A stretch of 64,000 bases of DNA, taken from Deltaproteobacteria bacterium (GTDB lineage: Bacteria; Myxococcota_A; Polyangia; Nannocystales; Nannocystaceae). The translations under genes and the position numbers were made by a program. This document shows positions 36,277 through 46,009 of this stretch, in pieces. The notes under the pieces were generated by a model. That model searched no databases. It was not told where the DNA came from and worked only from the letters and a program-made list of their open reading frames with translations. Position 1 is the first letter of the stretch. Every line of letters begins with the position of its first letter. The DNA is taken from assembly GCA_016709225.1 (NCBI GenBank), contig JADJEE010000012.1:2179630-2243629 (forward strand), read 5' to 3'.

Positions 36277-39234
36277 TCACGGCTTGGCGCGCGCCCGCGC
36301 GAGCCACGGATCGTCGGCGCTGGCCATCGCACGCACCGCAGGCACCCGCTCGAAGAAGCCGCGCGCTGCCTCGGCATCACCCCGTGCACGGGCCGCCTCG
36401 CCCGAGAACACCAGGCACGGCGAGATCGCGGCGGCCCAGCTCCAGTCGAAGTTGCGGGGTTCGACGATCGGCCGGCACGCCGCCAGTACGCCGTCGTGGT
36501 CGCCCGCGTCGTGCAGCAGGCGCGCGCGGTGGAAGTGGGCGGCGAAGATGAAGCGGGCGTCGAGCGCCAATGCAGCGACCTCGTGCCAGTGGGCCGCCGC
36601 GGCCTTCGGGTCGCCCTTCGCCTCGGCCGCGAAGGCGGCCGCGACCTCGCGCACCGGTGCGAACTCGCTGGTCGACGTGGCCGCGGCCGCAGGCCCCTCG
36701 AGCGCGGCGGTCAGCAGCGCAAGGGCGATCTCGAAGCGCACGTCGCGACGCAAGGTGGCCTCGACCGCGTGCTCGCGCAGGCGCTCCAGCTCGAGCAGCC
36801 GCGTTCGGTCGCCGCCGATCGACTCGAGCGTGGCCAGGGAGATCCACGACATGCTGCTCGAGTTGGTCAGCGCCCCCCGCAGCAAGCCCGCGCGCGCGCG
36901 CTCGAAGCTCGCCCGGCCGCACGCCGCATCGCCGCGTGCGGTGCACAGACCGAGCTCGTGCAGTGGATCGAAGCTGGGATCGCGATCGGTCCGCTGTCGC
37001 ACGCGCGCGAGCGCGAGCGCGTAGTCGCCCGCGGCCGCGTGCCAGCCCAGCGCCTGCACGAAGGCATAGCCGTCGTCCTCCGCGAACGGCGACAGCAGCT
37101 CGAGCGCGCCACGGTAGTCACGCTCGAGTCCGCGTCGGCGTGCGCGCCAGAACGCGAGAAACTGCGGCGCTTGCTCGGCGCCGGCGGCCGCGTCGAGTGC
37201 CCAGTCGACGGTGGGCAGGTCCTCGATCGCGGCCGCGCGATCGAGCACGTGGCTGAGCCCACTGCCGAAGCCGGGCGAGAGCGCGTGCAGACGTCGGAAC
37301 TCCGCCACCGCGCCCGCGCCGTCACCACCGTGGTAGAGGCACTCGAAGAGCCCGTAGGCGAGGTAGACCTCGCGGGGAAAGGCCGCCGTGGCCTCGCGCC
37401 AGCGGGGCAGCGCGGCGGCGGGACCATCGCGCAGCTGTACGAGGTTGGCGTCGACATAGCGGCGCTTGGGCTCGGAGAGCTCGCCGGCGCCGGCGAGCTC
37501 GAGCTCCGCGCGGGCCTCCTCTTCGAGCCCGAGCCAGCCGGCGAGGATGCCACCGTAGAAGTGGGCGTCGACGGCATCGGGCTGCAGGCGTCGGGCTTCG
37601 TCGAGGTAGCCCAGCGCCAGCGCGAGGTCGTGCCGCTCGAGCGCAGCGACCCCGAGCGCGAGGTTCTGGGCGTAGTCCGTCGGCCGCGGCGCAGCGGCGG
37701 GCCCCTCGAGCGGATGACCGAGCACGTGCACCGCGAGCTCGCGCGCCAGCTCTCGCACCGCCTCGGCGAGGCCGTTCGCATCGGTCGACCGATGCTGCTC
37801 CCACTCGACCTCGCCGTCGGGGGTGCGCAGGCGCAGCGTGACCTCGTAGCCATCGCCGTGGGCCGCGACGACCCCCGAGACCAACGCGGTGGCACCGAAT
37901 GCGGCGACGACCTCGGGCAGCTCCGCCGCCGGGCTGCCACCGAGGGCGGTCTTGAGGCGGTGGTAGCGAACGACACGGATGCCCTCGCGGTCGCGCAGCT
38001 CCTGCTCGACGAGCTCGGGCAAGCCGTCGACCGCCCACGAGAGCCGCGGGTCGTCGACCACGTCGAAGGGCTGGAACGCGAGCACCGGCGGCCCCTGGAC
38101 CGGGGCAGCGGCAACCACCGCGACTGGCGGCTCGGCCGGCATGCGACCGACCGCGAGCCCGATGCCCACCGCCACCGCAATCGCGCCCCCGATCACGGTC
38201 GCACGCACGCGGCGACGTCGGCGACCACGACGCTGCTCGATCGCCTGCAGCAGCGCGTGCATCGACGGCCAGCGCCGCGTGCGATCGGGCGCGAGTCCCC
38301 GCGCGATGATCGACGACAGCCACTGCGGCGCGCCGGCACCATCGGCCGGCGCCTCGAAGCTGCCCGCGGCCTTGAGCTCGGCGAGGGCCTGGAGCGGCAG
38401 CCGCGGGAACGGGCCGCGGCGGTAGATGCCGCCGAACAGCGCCACGCAGAACGCGTACTGATCGCTGCTCGCGTCGGCCTCGTCGCCGCGCATCTGCTCC
38501 GGTGCCATGAAGTACGGCGTGCCCATCACGATGCCGGCCTGGGTCTCGAGCTCGCCGGCCGACAGTCGCAGCGCATGTGCACTGTCGCTGGCCGACTCAC
38601 GCGGCCGACCGTCGCTCACCGGATCGATGCCGCGCGCGAGCCCGAAATCCGCCACGCGAACCCGACCATCCCGGCCGCGCAGCACGTTGGCGGGCTTGAA
38701 GTCCCGGTGCAGGACGCCGGCCGCGTGCGCCGCCGCGAGGCCGTGCCCCGCGGCCAAGAAGGCGTCGAGCACCTCCTCCCACGACCGCGGCGCCGCGGCC
38801 AACCACGCATCGAGGTCCTCGCCCTCGACCAGCTCCATCACCACGAACACGTTGCGTCGCTCGGCGTCGGTGCCCGGTGCCGCGTCCGCGAGGTAGTCGC
38901 CGACGTCGTAGACCGGCACGACGTTGGGGTGCGAGATGCGAGCGATCGCGCGGGCCTCTCGCAACAATCGCGCGGCGCCGTGGGAGCCGACGTCGGCGAC
39001 ATTGACCAGCTTGATCGCAACCTTGCGACGCAGCTCGGGGTCCCAGCCCCGGTACACCACGCCCATGCCGCCGCGGCCGAGCGGCTCGCCGAGCTCGTAG
39101 CGATCGACGCGCAACGCCGTGGCGCCGCCGCCGAACATGCGCTGTTCGAGCCGCGCGAGTGACTGACGCTCCTCGGGCGCGAGGTCGCCGAGCGGCTCCT
39201 CGCGTTGGGTCGGGTCGTCGTCGTCGCGCTGCAT
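36277..39234 (-). CDS. Serine/threonine protein kinase with C-terminal TPR-repeat region
   Basis: Hanks kinase motifs: GRGGMGVVY (Gly-rich loop), VAIKLV (Lys), HRDFKPANVL (catalytic loop), DFGLAR, APE. Followed by a TM/linker and ~500 aa of TPR-like helical repeats. Start re-picked at MQRDDDDPTQ (the upstream ORF portion is antisense of the sigma gene). Confidence 0.85.
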   Translation of the reverse strand: MQRDDDDPTQREEPLGDLAPEERQSLARLEQRMFGGGATALRVDRYELGEPLGRGGMGVVYRGWDPELRRKVAIKLVNVADVGSHGAARLLREARAIARISHPNVVPVYDVGDYLADAAPGTDAERRNVFVVMELVEGEDLDAWLAAAPRSWEEVLDAFLAAGHGLAAAHAAGVLHRDFKPANVLRGRDGRVRVADFGLARGIDPVSDGRPRESASDSAHALRLSAGELETQAGIVMGTPYFMAPEQMRGDEADASSDQYAFCVALFGGIYRRGPFPRLPLQALAELKAAGSFEAPADGAGAPQWLSSIIARGLAPDRTRRWPSMHALLQAIEQRRGRRRRRVRATVIGGAIAVAVGIGLAVGRMPAEPPVAVVAAAPVQGPPVLAFQPFDVVDDPRLSWAVDGLPELVEQELRDREGIRVVRYHRLKTALGGSPAAELPEVVAAFGATALVSGVVAAHGDGYEVTLRLRTPDGEVEWEQHRSTDANGLAEAVRELARELAVHVLGHPLEGPAAAPRPTDYAQNLALGVAALERHDLALALGYLDEARRLQPDAVDAHFYGGILAGWLGLEEEARAELELAGAGELSEPKRRYVDANLVQLRDGPAAALPRWREATAAFPREVYLAYGLFECLYHGGDGAGAVAEFRRLHALSPGFGSGLSHVLDRAAAIEDLPTVDWALDAAAGAEQAPQFLAFWRARRRGLERDYRGALELLSPFAEDDGYAFVQALGWHAAAGDYALALARVRQRTDRDPSFDPLHELGLCTARGDAACGRASFERARAGLLRGALTNSSSMSWISLATLESIGGDRTRLLELERLREHAVEATLRRDVRFEIALALLTAALEGPAAAATSTSEFAPVREVAAAFAAEAKGDPKAAAAHWHEVAALALDARFIFAAHFHRARLLHDAGDHDGVLAACRPIVEPRNFDWSWAAAISPCLVFSGEAARARGDAEAARGFFERVPAVRAMASADDPWLARARAKP

Positions 39235-39375
39235 CGTCGTTGGTGGCACGCACGGACACGCGGGCGACGGCTGCTCCGCGCCGTTGCACCGGGAACGTCG
39301 CCAGGCACATGCTATCGCAAGCGAGCGAGCGTCGTCGCGCCGGGCTTTGTGGCATGATCGCGCTCGACCGCGCGC

Positions 39376-40026
39376 ATGGCCGAGATCACCGACTTCGAGC
39401 TGCTCGGCCAGTGGCGCGCCGGCGACACCGCGGCGGGCAACCGCCTGCTGCGTCGGCACTTCCAGAGCGTGCATCGCTTCTTCCGCAACAAGGTCGACGG
39501 CGACATCGACGACCTCATCCAGCGCACGTTCCTGGGCCTCGTCGAGGCCTTGCCGCGCTTCCGCGAGCACGCGCAGTTCAAGACCTTCTTGCTCGCCGTC
39601 GCGCGCAATCATCTGCTGCTGCACTACCGCGAGCGCGCGCAGCTGCAGAAGCGCAACGCCGAGGACGTCTCGGTACACGACCTCGGCGTCGCTGCGGCGC
39701 CCAGCGGGGCCATCGCGCTGCGCGAGGAGCAGCAGCTCCTGCTGACGGCGCTACGCCGGCTGCCACTGGCGCTGCAGCTGACCGTGGAGCTGTTCTACTG
39801 GGAGCGGCTCGGCGTCGACGACATCGGGCTGGTGCTCGAGATCCCCGCCGGCACGGTGAAGAGTCGGCTCGCGCGCGCGCGCGACAACCTGCGCGCGACG
39901 CTGCAGCAGCTCGCGACCGCGCCCGAGGTCCGCACCAGCTCGATCTCCGACCTCGAGCAGTGGGCACACTCGCTGCGCGACGTCGTGGCCGCACTCGACG
40001 GGGCCGTCAGCGGCGACGCGCAGTAG
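39376..40026 (+). CDS. RNA polymerase ECF-type sigma-70 factor (paralogue of 9905..10532)
   Basis: Region 2 (…DLIQRTFLGLVEALPRF…ARNHLLLHYR) and region 4 HTH (RLGVDDIGLVLEIPAGTVKSRLARAR). Same N-terminal motif as the other ECF sigma. Divergent from the kinase. Confidence 0.85.
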   Translation: MAEITDFELLGQWRAGDTAAGNRLLRRHFQSVHRFFRNKVDGDIDDLIQRTFLGLVEALPRFREHAQFKTFLLAVARNHLLLHYRERAQLQKRNAEDVSVHDLGVAAAPSGAIALREEQQLLLTALRRLPLALQLTVELFYWERLGVDDIGLVLEIPAGTVKSRLARARDNLRATLQQLATAPEVRTSSISDLEQWAHSLRDVVAALDGAVSGDAQ

Positions 40027-40639
40027 CTCGGCCCGCGCGCGCGACCGTCGGCGCCGGGGCCCGCTCGATCATTGCACGCACGAGCGCGTCGAGCTGCCGG
40101 CGCTGCTGCTCGACCGTGCTCGCACCCCACCCGGCACCGTGGCCCGCCTGCATCAAGAGCTGGGTCAGTACCGCCGGCTTGCCGCCAAAGCGATCGAGCG
40201 AAAGCTCGCCGGCGCGCGCGGCCGCCTTGAGCGTCGAGGTCATCAGCTCGACGAAGATGCGATCGCCATCCTCGATGATCTCGCGGGCGCGCGCGTCGCT
40301 CGACTCGAGCAGCTCGCGGGCGTGGGGCGAGGCATCGACGAGTTCGTACACGGTGGTGAACTTCGCGGACAACATCGCCACCACCCGCTCGATGGGGTCG
40401 GGCAGCTGCGCGGCTGCACGCGCGCCGTCGACGATGCGCGCGACCACGGCCTTGCACACGGCGACGAAGATGGCGTCCTTGTCCTCGAAGTGGGCATACA
40501 GCGTCGGCTTGGCGACGCCGGCCTCCTGGGCGATGAGCTCGACGGTCGTGCGCCGGTAGCCGTAGCGCTGGAACAGCCGCGTGGCGGCGCGGACGATGGC
40601 GTCGTGCTTGGACGTGCCTGGGGTGCCACCCGGAGCCAT
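40007..40639 (-). CDS. TetR/AcrR family transcriptional regulator
   Basis: N-terminal HTH AATRLFQRYGYRRTTVELIAQEAGVAKPTLYAHFEDKDAIF. Divergent from the SDR gene. Confidence 0.8.
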   Translation of the reverse strand: MAPGGTPGTSKHDAIVRAATRLFQRYGYRRTTVELIAQEAGVAKPTLYAHFEDKDAIFVAVCKAVVARIVDGARAAAQLPDPIERVVAMLSAKFTTVYELVDASPHARELLESSDARAREIIEDGDRIFVELMTSTLKAAARAGELSLDRFGGKPAVLTQLLMQAGHGAGWGASTVEQQRRQLDALVRAMIERAPAPTVARAGRATARRR

Positions 40640-40705
40640 CGATGCCGCCGCAGGGTACCACCAACGCACGTACGGCCGGGTCGCGTGCGGGACGGTGAAA
40701 CCATT

Positions 40706-40731
40706 TGAACCGTTCTGACGTTTGTGGTTCA
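40706..40731. promoter_or_regulatory. Candidate TetR operator: inverted repeat TGAACC-N14-GGTTCA
   Basis: tgaaccgttctgacgtttgtggttca has perfect 6-bp arms (an inner GAACCGTTC is also palindromic). It lies in the 107-bp TetR/SDR divergent intergenic region. Confidence 0.45.
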
Positions 40732-40746
40732 GTTCGGAAGCCACCC

Positions 40747-41652
40747 ATGACCACCGCAGACTCCACCCCCGCCGTCCTCGTCACTGGCTGTTCCTCTGGC
40801 ATCGGTCGCGCGACCGCGCTGCGGTTGGCGCGGGCCGGCAGCGGCTGGCGGGTGTGGGCCACCGCGCGGCGGCCGACCGAGCTGGCCGAGCTGGCCGCGG
40901 CCGGCTGCCGCACGCTCGCGCTCGACGTCTGCGATCGCGAGTCGATGGCCGCGGCGGTCGCGGCCGTCGAGGCCGAGCACGGCCACGTCGCGGCGTTGAT
41001 CAACAACGCCGGCTACTCGCAGACGGGCGCGTTCGAGGCGGTGCCGCTCGAGGCGGTGCGCCGTCAGTTCGAGACCAACGTGTTCGGCGTGATCGCGCTG
41101 ACGCAGCTGGTCCTACCGGGCATGCGCCGCGCCGGCGCCGGTCGCATCATCAACCTGAGCTCGATGGGCGGCAAGCTGGTGTTCCCCGGCGGCGGCTACT
41201 ACCACGCCACCAAGCACGCGATCGAAGCCCTGAGCGATGCGCTGCGCTTCGAGGTGCGCAGCTTCGGTGTCGAGGTGGTGCTGATCGAGCCCGGCCTCAT
41301 CAAGAGCGGCTTCAGCGAGGCCGCGGTGTCGAGCATGCAGCACCGTGAGGGCGTCGGTGCGACGTACGACGTGTTCCACGACGCGGTCGCGCGCGCGACC
41401 AAGGAGATCTACGACAAGGGGCCGCTCGCCGCGTTCGCCGGCGTGCCCGACGACGTCGCGAAGGTCATCGAGCGCGCGCTCGCAGCCAAGCGTCCACGTG
41501 CGCGCTACACCGTGACGATGTCGGCCAAGCTCTTGCTCGCGCAGCGGCGATGGTCGAGCGATCGCGTGTGGGACTGGTTCCTGCGGCAGAACTTCCCCTC
41601 GCCCGCACCGCTCGGCGCACTCACGGCGGCGGCGGAGCCCCGCGACGCTTGA
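40747..41652 (+). CDS. SDR family oxidoreductase
   Basis: TGCSSGIGRATA (TGxxxGxG NAD(P)-binding), NNAG, catalytic YHATKHA (YxxxK), classical SDR length. Confidence 0.85.
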   Translation: MTTADSTPAVLVTGCSSGIGRATALRLARAGSGWRVWATARRPTELAELAAAGCRTLALDVCDRESMAAAVAAVEAEHGHVAALINNAGYSQTGAFEAVPLEAVRRQFETNVFGVIALTQLVLPGMRRAGAGRIINLSSMGGKLVFPGGGYYHATKHAIEALSDALRFEVRSFGVEVVLIEPGLIKSGFSEAAVSSMQHREGVGATYDVFHDAVARATKEIYDKGPLAAFAGVPDDVAKVIERALAAKRPRARYTVTMSAKLLLAQRRWSSDRVWDWFLRQNFPSPAPLGALTAAAEPRDA

Positions 41653-43180
41653 ACAACGCCTCGAGCCGCACCCAGCCCCAGACGTAGCGCCAGTCGTCGC
41701 GGTGGATGACGCGCAACACCGTGCCGAGCGCCGCAAAGGTGCCGAGCAGCAGCGCCGCCTCGCCGGCCAGCATCCACGCCGCGGGCCCGCTCATCTGGCG
41801 CTTGAAGCCCCACGCGATCGCGGCGCCGACCAACGCGATGCCGACCACCCGCGCGTAGGCGCGTAGCGGCAGGATGTCGCCCATCGGCAGCCCCGAGGCC
41901 CGCGCGATGCTCCAGCTGTAGAACACGACGATCGGCACGAACGCGATCGCGGTGCCCATCGCCGGGCCCTCGAAGCCGACCCACCACAGCAGCGGCAGGC
42001 TGATCACGAGGTTCGCCACCAGCGACAGCACCGAGGCCTGGAAGACGTAGCCCGGGCGGCCTGCGGCCACGATCACGGTGCCGAAGGCCGCCACGCGTCC
42101 GGCCGTGAGGATCGAGTACCAGCGCAGCACCGGCGCGGCACCGGCGTACTCGGGCGTGAACAGGATCTCGACCAGCTCCTCGGCGGCGACCACGAACACC
42201 ATCGCGATCGGCACCACCAGTAGCGAGACCTTCTCGATCGACCCGCGCCACAGCGCGATCGCCTCGCGCGGGAGCTTGTCGCGGAACATCGCCACCAGCT
42301 GGGGCGCCATCGCGGTGCCGACGATGTACGGTACGCGCGTGATGATCGGGATCTGCCACGCGCCGGCCTGATACTCCGCGAAGTACACGTCGGCGAACGC
42401 GAGCATGATGAGGAAGCGGTCGAGGCTGTTGTTCAGCACCGCGACGACGTCGGTGAGCCCGAGCGGGAGACCGAAGCGAATCATCTCGCGCAGCGAGGTC
42501 GGCGACGGCACCCGCTCGGCACCGCGATACAGCGAGCGCAGGCTCGCCAGCACCCACACACCCTGGGCCACGCCGACCAGCACGAGGCACTGCGCGACCG
42601 TCCACGCGTCGCCACCGAGCGTGATGGGCACCAGGGTCGAGCACGACAGCGCCAGCGAGCGGAACACGCCGTAGGCCGCGGCGCCGCCTGGCCGGTGCTC
42701 GGCGACCAGCAGGTTGGGCAACACGCGACCGGGCAGATCACCGAGCGGCATCAGGGCGATGACCACGAGCGGACCGAGATCGACCGCAGCGTCGGAATCG
42801 ACCGACGACAACATCGCGACCAGGTCGCTGCCCCAACGCCCGATGAACAGCAGCAACAGCCCCGCAGCGGCCCCCAACACCAGCAACGTGCGGCAGATCC
42901 GTCGCGCGATCGCGGCACGCTCGGCCAGCGGACGGCCGGGCAGGTGGTACATGACGGCCTGCGGAAAGCCGGTCGCGACCACCAGCGCGACCGTGTTGTA
43001 GACCAGCAGCAACGCGGTGAGCGTCGCAACATCCGCTTTGCCGAGCAGGCGCACGACCAACAGCGGCACCACGATGTCCGCCAGCGTCGCGAGCACGTTG
43101 CCGAGCACGAGCACACCCGCCGCCTGCGAGGCGAGCTTGCCGGCGGATGGCGGCGGCGCGGCGGGAGACTCGGCGGTCAT
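41621..43180 (-). CDS. Polysaccharide biosynthesis / oligosaccharide flippase (MOP/Wzx-like) family membrane protein
   Basis: 519 aa, about 14 TM helices, N-terminal LGNVLATLADIVVPLLVVRLLG typical of polysaccharide biosynthesis (PF01943/PF13440-like) proteins. Confidence 0.7.
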   Translation of the reverse strand: MTAESPAAPPPSAGKLASQAAGVLVLGNVLATLADIVVPLLVVRLLGKADVATLTALLLVYNTVALVVATGFPQAVMYHLPGRPLAERAAIARRICRTLLVLGAAAGLLLLFIGRWGSDLVAMLSSVDSDAAVDLGPLVVIALMPLGDLPGRVLPNLLVAEHRPGGAAAYGVFRSLALSCSTLVPITLGGDAWTVAQCLVLVGVAQGVWVLASLRSLYRGAERVPSPTSLREMIRFGLPLGLTDVVAVLNNSLDRFLIMLAFADVYFAEYQAGAWQIPIITRVPYIVGTAMAPQLVAMFRDKLPREAIALWRGSIEKVSLLVVPIAMVFVVAAEELVEILFTPEYAGAAPVLRWYSILTAGRVAAFGTVIVAAGRPGYVFQASVLSLVANLVISLPLLWWVGFEGPAMGTAIAFVPIVVFYSWSIARASGLPMGDILPLRAYARVVGIALVGAAIAWGFKRQMSGPAAWMLAGEAALLLGTFAALGTVLRVIHRDDWRYVWGWVRLEALFKRRGAPPPP

Positions 43181-43307
43181 GCTGGGCGCACTCGGGCGAT
43201 CCGACCGGGGTCGCGAACCCGCGCGCCGTAGGTATAGCGCAGCCCCGCGCGCCGCGGCTGCTCGCCCGTGCGACGTTCGCCACGCGTCGGCGACGCGCCG
43301 CCGTTCG

Positions 43308-44009
43308 TCACGCGGTGCTCGGCAGGTAGCCGGCGAGGTAGCGCTCGAGCATGCGCTTGGTCTCGGTGACGATGGCCGCGGCGAGCGAAGGATCGGTCTC
43401 CCGCGCCAGCACCAGCATCATGGTCGCGACCGTGTTGACGACCATCGTCGCAACCACGCGGCGGGTCGCCTCGGGCAAGCTCGGGGCCCACGCGCCGAAC
43501 AACGCCGCGGTCGCACCGATGAGCTCGCGCATCAGCGCCTGATCGGCCTCGGCGTACTCGCCGTACAGCTCGAGGTTGCGCCACACCGCCTGCATCACGG
43601 TGCTGCGGCCGTGCAATCCGACGAAGCCATCGATCACGCGCGCCAGCAGATCCGGCCACGGCGTCGCCAACGCGTCGGCACCCACCAAGGTCGCATAGCC
43701 CGTGCTCGCCTCCAGCAGACACCGCTGCGCAATCTCGCGGAAGACGGCGTGCTTGTTGGGGAAGAACTGATAGACCGAGCCGATCGAGGTGCCCGCACGC
43801 GCGGCGATGCCCTCCATCGTGGTGTCTGCGAAGCCGAAGCGCGCGAACGACTCGGCGGCCGCCTCCACGATCCCCTCGAGGCGGCGTTGACTCCGCACCT
43901 GGGTCGGACGCCGCCGCGCCGGGCCCTCGACGACCGCCGCCGCACGGGCGCTTTTCCCCGTGGTCTTGGAGGCTTGGCGCTGTTTCGCCGGTGTGCTGCG
44001 AGGCGGCAA
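43308..44009 (-). CDS. TetR/AcrR family transcriptional regulator
   Basis: HTH IVEAAAESFARFGFADTTMEGIAARAGTSIGSVYQFFPNKHAVF. Divergent from the P450 gene. Confidence 0.8.
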   Translation of the reverse strand: MPPRSTPAKQRQASKTTGKSARAAAVVEGPARRRPTQVRSQRRLEGIVEAAAESFARFGFADTTMEGIAARAGTSIGSVYQFFPNKHAVFREIAQRCLLEASTGYATLVGADALATPWPDLLARVIDGFVGLHGRSTVMQAVWRNLELYGEYAEADQALMRELIGATAALFGAWAPSLPEATRRVVATMVVNTVATMMLVLARETDPSLAAAIVTETKRMLERYLAGYLPSTA

Positions 44010-44021
44010 CTTGCCAAAAAA

Positions 44022-44063
44022 TGAGGCTCGCCTCAGATATTGTCAAACATGAGGACGCCCTCA
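44022..44063. promoter_or_regulatory. Two candidate TetR operator inverted repeats TGAGG-N4-CCTCA
   Basis: tgaggctcgcctca (44022-44035) and tgaggacgccctca (44050-44063) share TGAGG/CCTCA arms. The first is intergenic; the second overlaps the P450 start codon region. Confidence 0.45.
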
Positions 44064-45434
44064 CATTTGGTCGAGCTCCCCGACACGCATGAGGGTCTGC
44101 CGCCCGGTCCCGGCGGCCTGCCGTGGAGCGGCCTCGCGCTGCTGCGCGACCCGCTCGGCAACCTGACGCAGGCCCACGCGCGCTACGGCGATGCGATGAC
44201 GTTCCGCGTCGGCCCGCTGCGCTTCGTCGCGGTGGCCGACCCCGCGCTCGCGCAGCACGTGCTGGTTCGCAACCATCGCAACTACGTCAAGAGTCGCAGC
44301 TACGCGGGACTCCGACTGGTGCTCGGCAACGGCCTGGTCACCAGCGAGGGCGAGGTGTGGCGACGGCAACGCAAGCTCGCGCAGCCGGCATTCCACCGCC
44401 AGCGCCTCGCCCGTCTCGCCGAGACCATGGCGACCTGCGTCGACGAGCGCATGGGCGAGTGGGCCGCCCGCAGCGACACCGCGATCGACATCCACGGCGA
44501 GATGATGCAGCTGACGCTGCGCATCGTCGCCCGCACGCTCTTCGGCACCGACCTCGCGGCCGACGGCGGCGACGTGCTGGCGCAGCTCGGCCCCGCCGTC
44601 ACCGAGGCCCTGCACAAAGCCGAGCAGTATGCAGAGTCGTTGATCCGCTTGCCGCTGTGGCTGCCGACCAGCTCCAACCGCCGCTTCGCCAAGGCCAAGA
44701 AGCTGCTCGACGGCATCGTGCACGGCATCATCGAACGCCGCCGCAGCGGCGGCGAGGCCCACGACGACGTGCTCGGCATGCTCATGTCTGCGACCGACGA
44801 GCACGACGGCGGCGGCATGGACGACGCACAGCTGCGCGACGAGGTGATGACGTTGTTCATGGCGGGGCACGAGACCATCGCGACCGCGAGCACATGGACG
44901 CTGCTGCTGCTGCACCAACACCCGGAGATCGCTGCGCGCGTGCGCGACGAGGCCCGCAGCGTGCTCGCGGGCCGCCCCCCGAGCTTCGACGACCTGCCGC
45001 GACTGCCGTACCTCGGCCAGGTCATCGACGAGTCGATGCGTCTCTACCCGCCGGTGTGGATCGTCGAGCGCCAGGCGCTCGCGGAGGATCAGCTGGGCCC
45101 GTGGCGCATCCCCAAGGACACCATCGTCGGGGTGTCGCCGTGGCTGATGCATCGCCACCCTGGGCTGTGGGACGAGCCGCTGCGCTTCGACCCCGATCGC
45201 TTCGCACCCGAGCGCCTGCAGGAGCGCGCCAAGCTGGCCTACCTCCCCTTCGGCGCCGGCCCGCGGATCTGCATCGGCAACCACTTCGCGCTGATGGAGG
45301 CCAAGATCATCCTCGCGACGATCGTGCAGCGTTGGTCGATCTCGGTCGACGCGCCAGAGGCGGTGCGCTTCGATCCCAGCGTCACGCTGCGCCCAGCCGG
45401 CGGCTTGCCGGGTCGGCTGCACGCGCTGGCATGA
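44049..45434 (+). CDS. Cytochrome P450
   Basis: Heme-thiolate loop FGAGPRICIGNHFA, ExxR (ESMR), I-helix AGHETIA. Start may instead be the ATG at 44040. Confidence 0.9.
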   Translation: MRTPSHLVELPDTHEGLPPGPGGLPWSGLALLRDPLGNLTQAHARYGDAMTFRVGPLRFVAVADPALAQHVLVRNHRNYVKSRSYAGLRLVLGNGLVTSEGEVWRRQRKLAQPAFHRQRLARLAETMATCVDERMGEWAARSDTAIDIHGEMMQLTLRIVARTLFGTDLAADGGDVLAQLGPAVTEALHKAEQYAESLIRLPLWLPTSSNRRFAKAKKLLDGIVHGIIERRRSGGEAHDDVLGMLMSATDEHDGGGMDDAQLRDEVMTLFMAGHETIATASTWTLLLLHQHPEIAARVRDEARSVLAGRPPSFDDLPRLPYLGQVIDESMRLYPPVWIVERQALAEDQLGPWRIPKDTIVGVSPWLMHRHPGLWDEPLRFDPDRFAPERLQERAKLAYLPFGAGPRICIGNHFALMEAKIILATIVQRWSISVDAPEAVRFDPSVTLRPAGGLPGRLHALA

Positions 45435-45487
45435 ACCCGCGCGCGCCGGCGAGACCGGCGCGCAAGCGGCCGTGAACCGAGCGCGTG

Positions 45488-45955
45488 CTACTCGAGCAGG
45501 CTCCGCAGCATCCACGCGGTCTTCTCGTGCACCTGCATGCGCTGCGTGAGCAGATCGCAGGTGGGCTGGTCGTTGGCGTCGGCCGCGGTCTGGAAGATCT
45601 CGCGGGCGGTGCGAGCCACGGTCTCGTGACCGTCGACCAGGCGACGAATCATGTCCTGCGCCTTGGGCACGCCGTCGTCCTCCTGGATCGCCGACAGCTT
45701 GGCGAACTGCGCGTAGGTGCCGGGCGCCGGCAGTCCGAGCGCACGGATGCGCTCCGCCACGAGGTCCACCGCGAGCGCGAGCTCGTTGTAGTGGGTCTCG
45801 AACATCAGATGCAGGGTCTGGAACATCGGGCCGGTGACGTTCCAGTGGAAGTTGTGGGTCTTGAGGTAGAGCGTGTACGTGTCCGCCAACACGCGCGCGA
45901 GGCCGTTGGCGATGGTCTCGCGCTTGGCCGCGTCGATGCCGATGTCGATGTTCAT
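45488..45955 (-). CDS. dps: Dps (DNA starvation/stationary phase protection) ferritin-like protein
   Basis: Full-length Dps signature: …[52 protein letters not shown]…. Confidence 0.9.
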   Translation of the reverse strand: MNIDIGIDAAKRETIANGLARVLADTYTLYLKTHNFHWNVTGPMFQTLHLMFETHYNELALAVDLVAERIRALGLPAPGTYAQFAKLSAIQEDDGVPKAQDMIRRLVDGHETVARTAREIFQTAADANDQPTCDLLTQRMQVHEKTAWMLRSLLE

Positions 45956-46009
45956 CGTGATCCTCCGGTGGGGTGTCCGATCTACCGCATTTTCGCGGCG
46001 ATCTGACGC

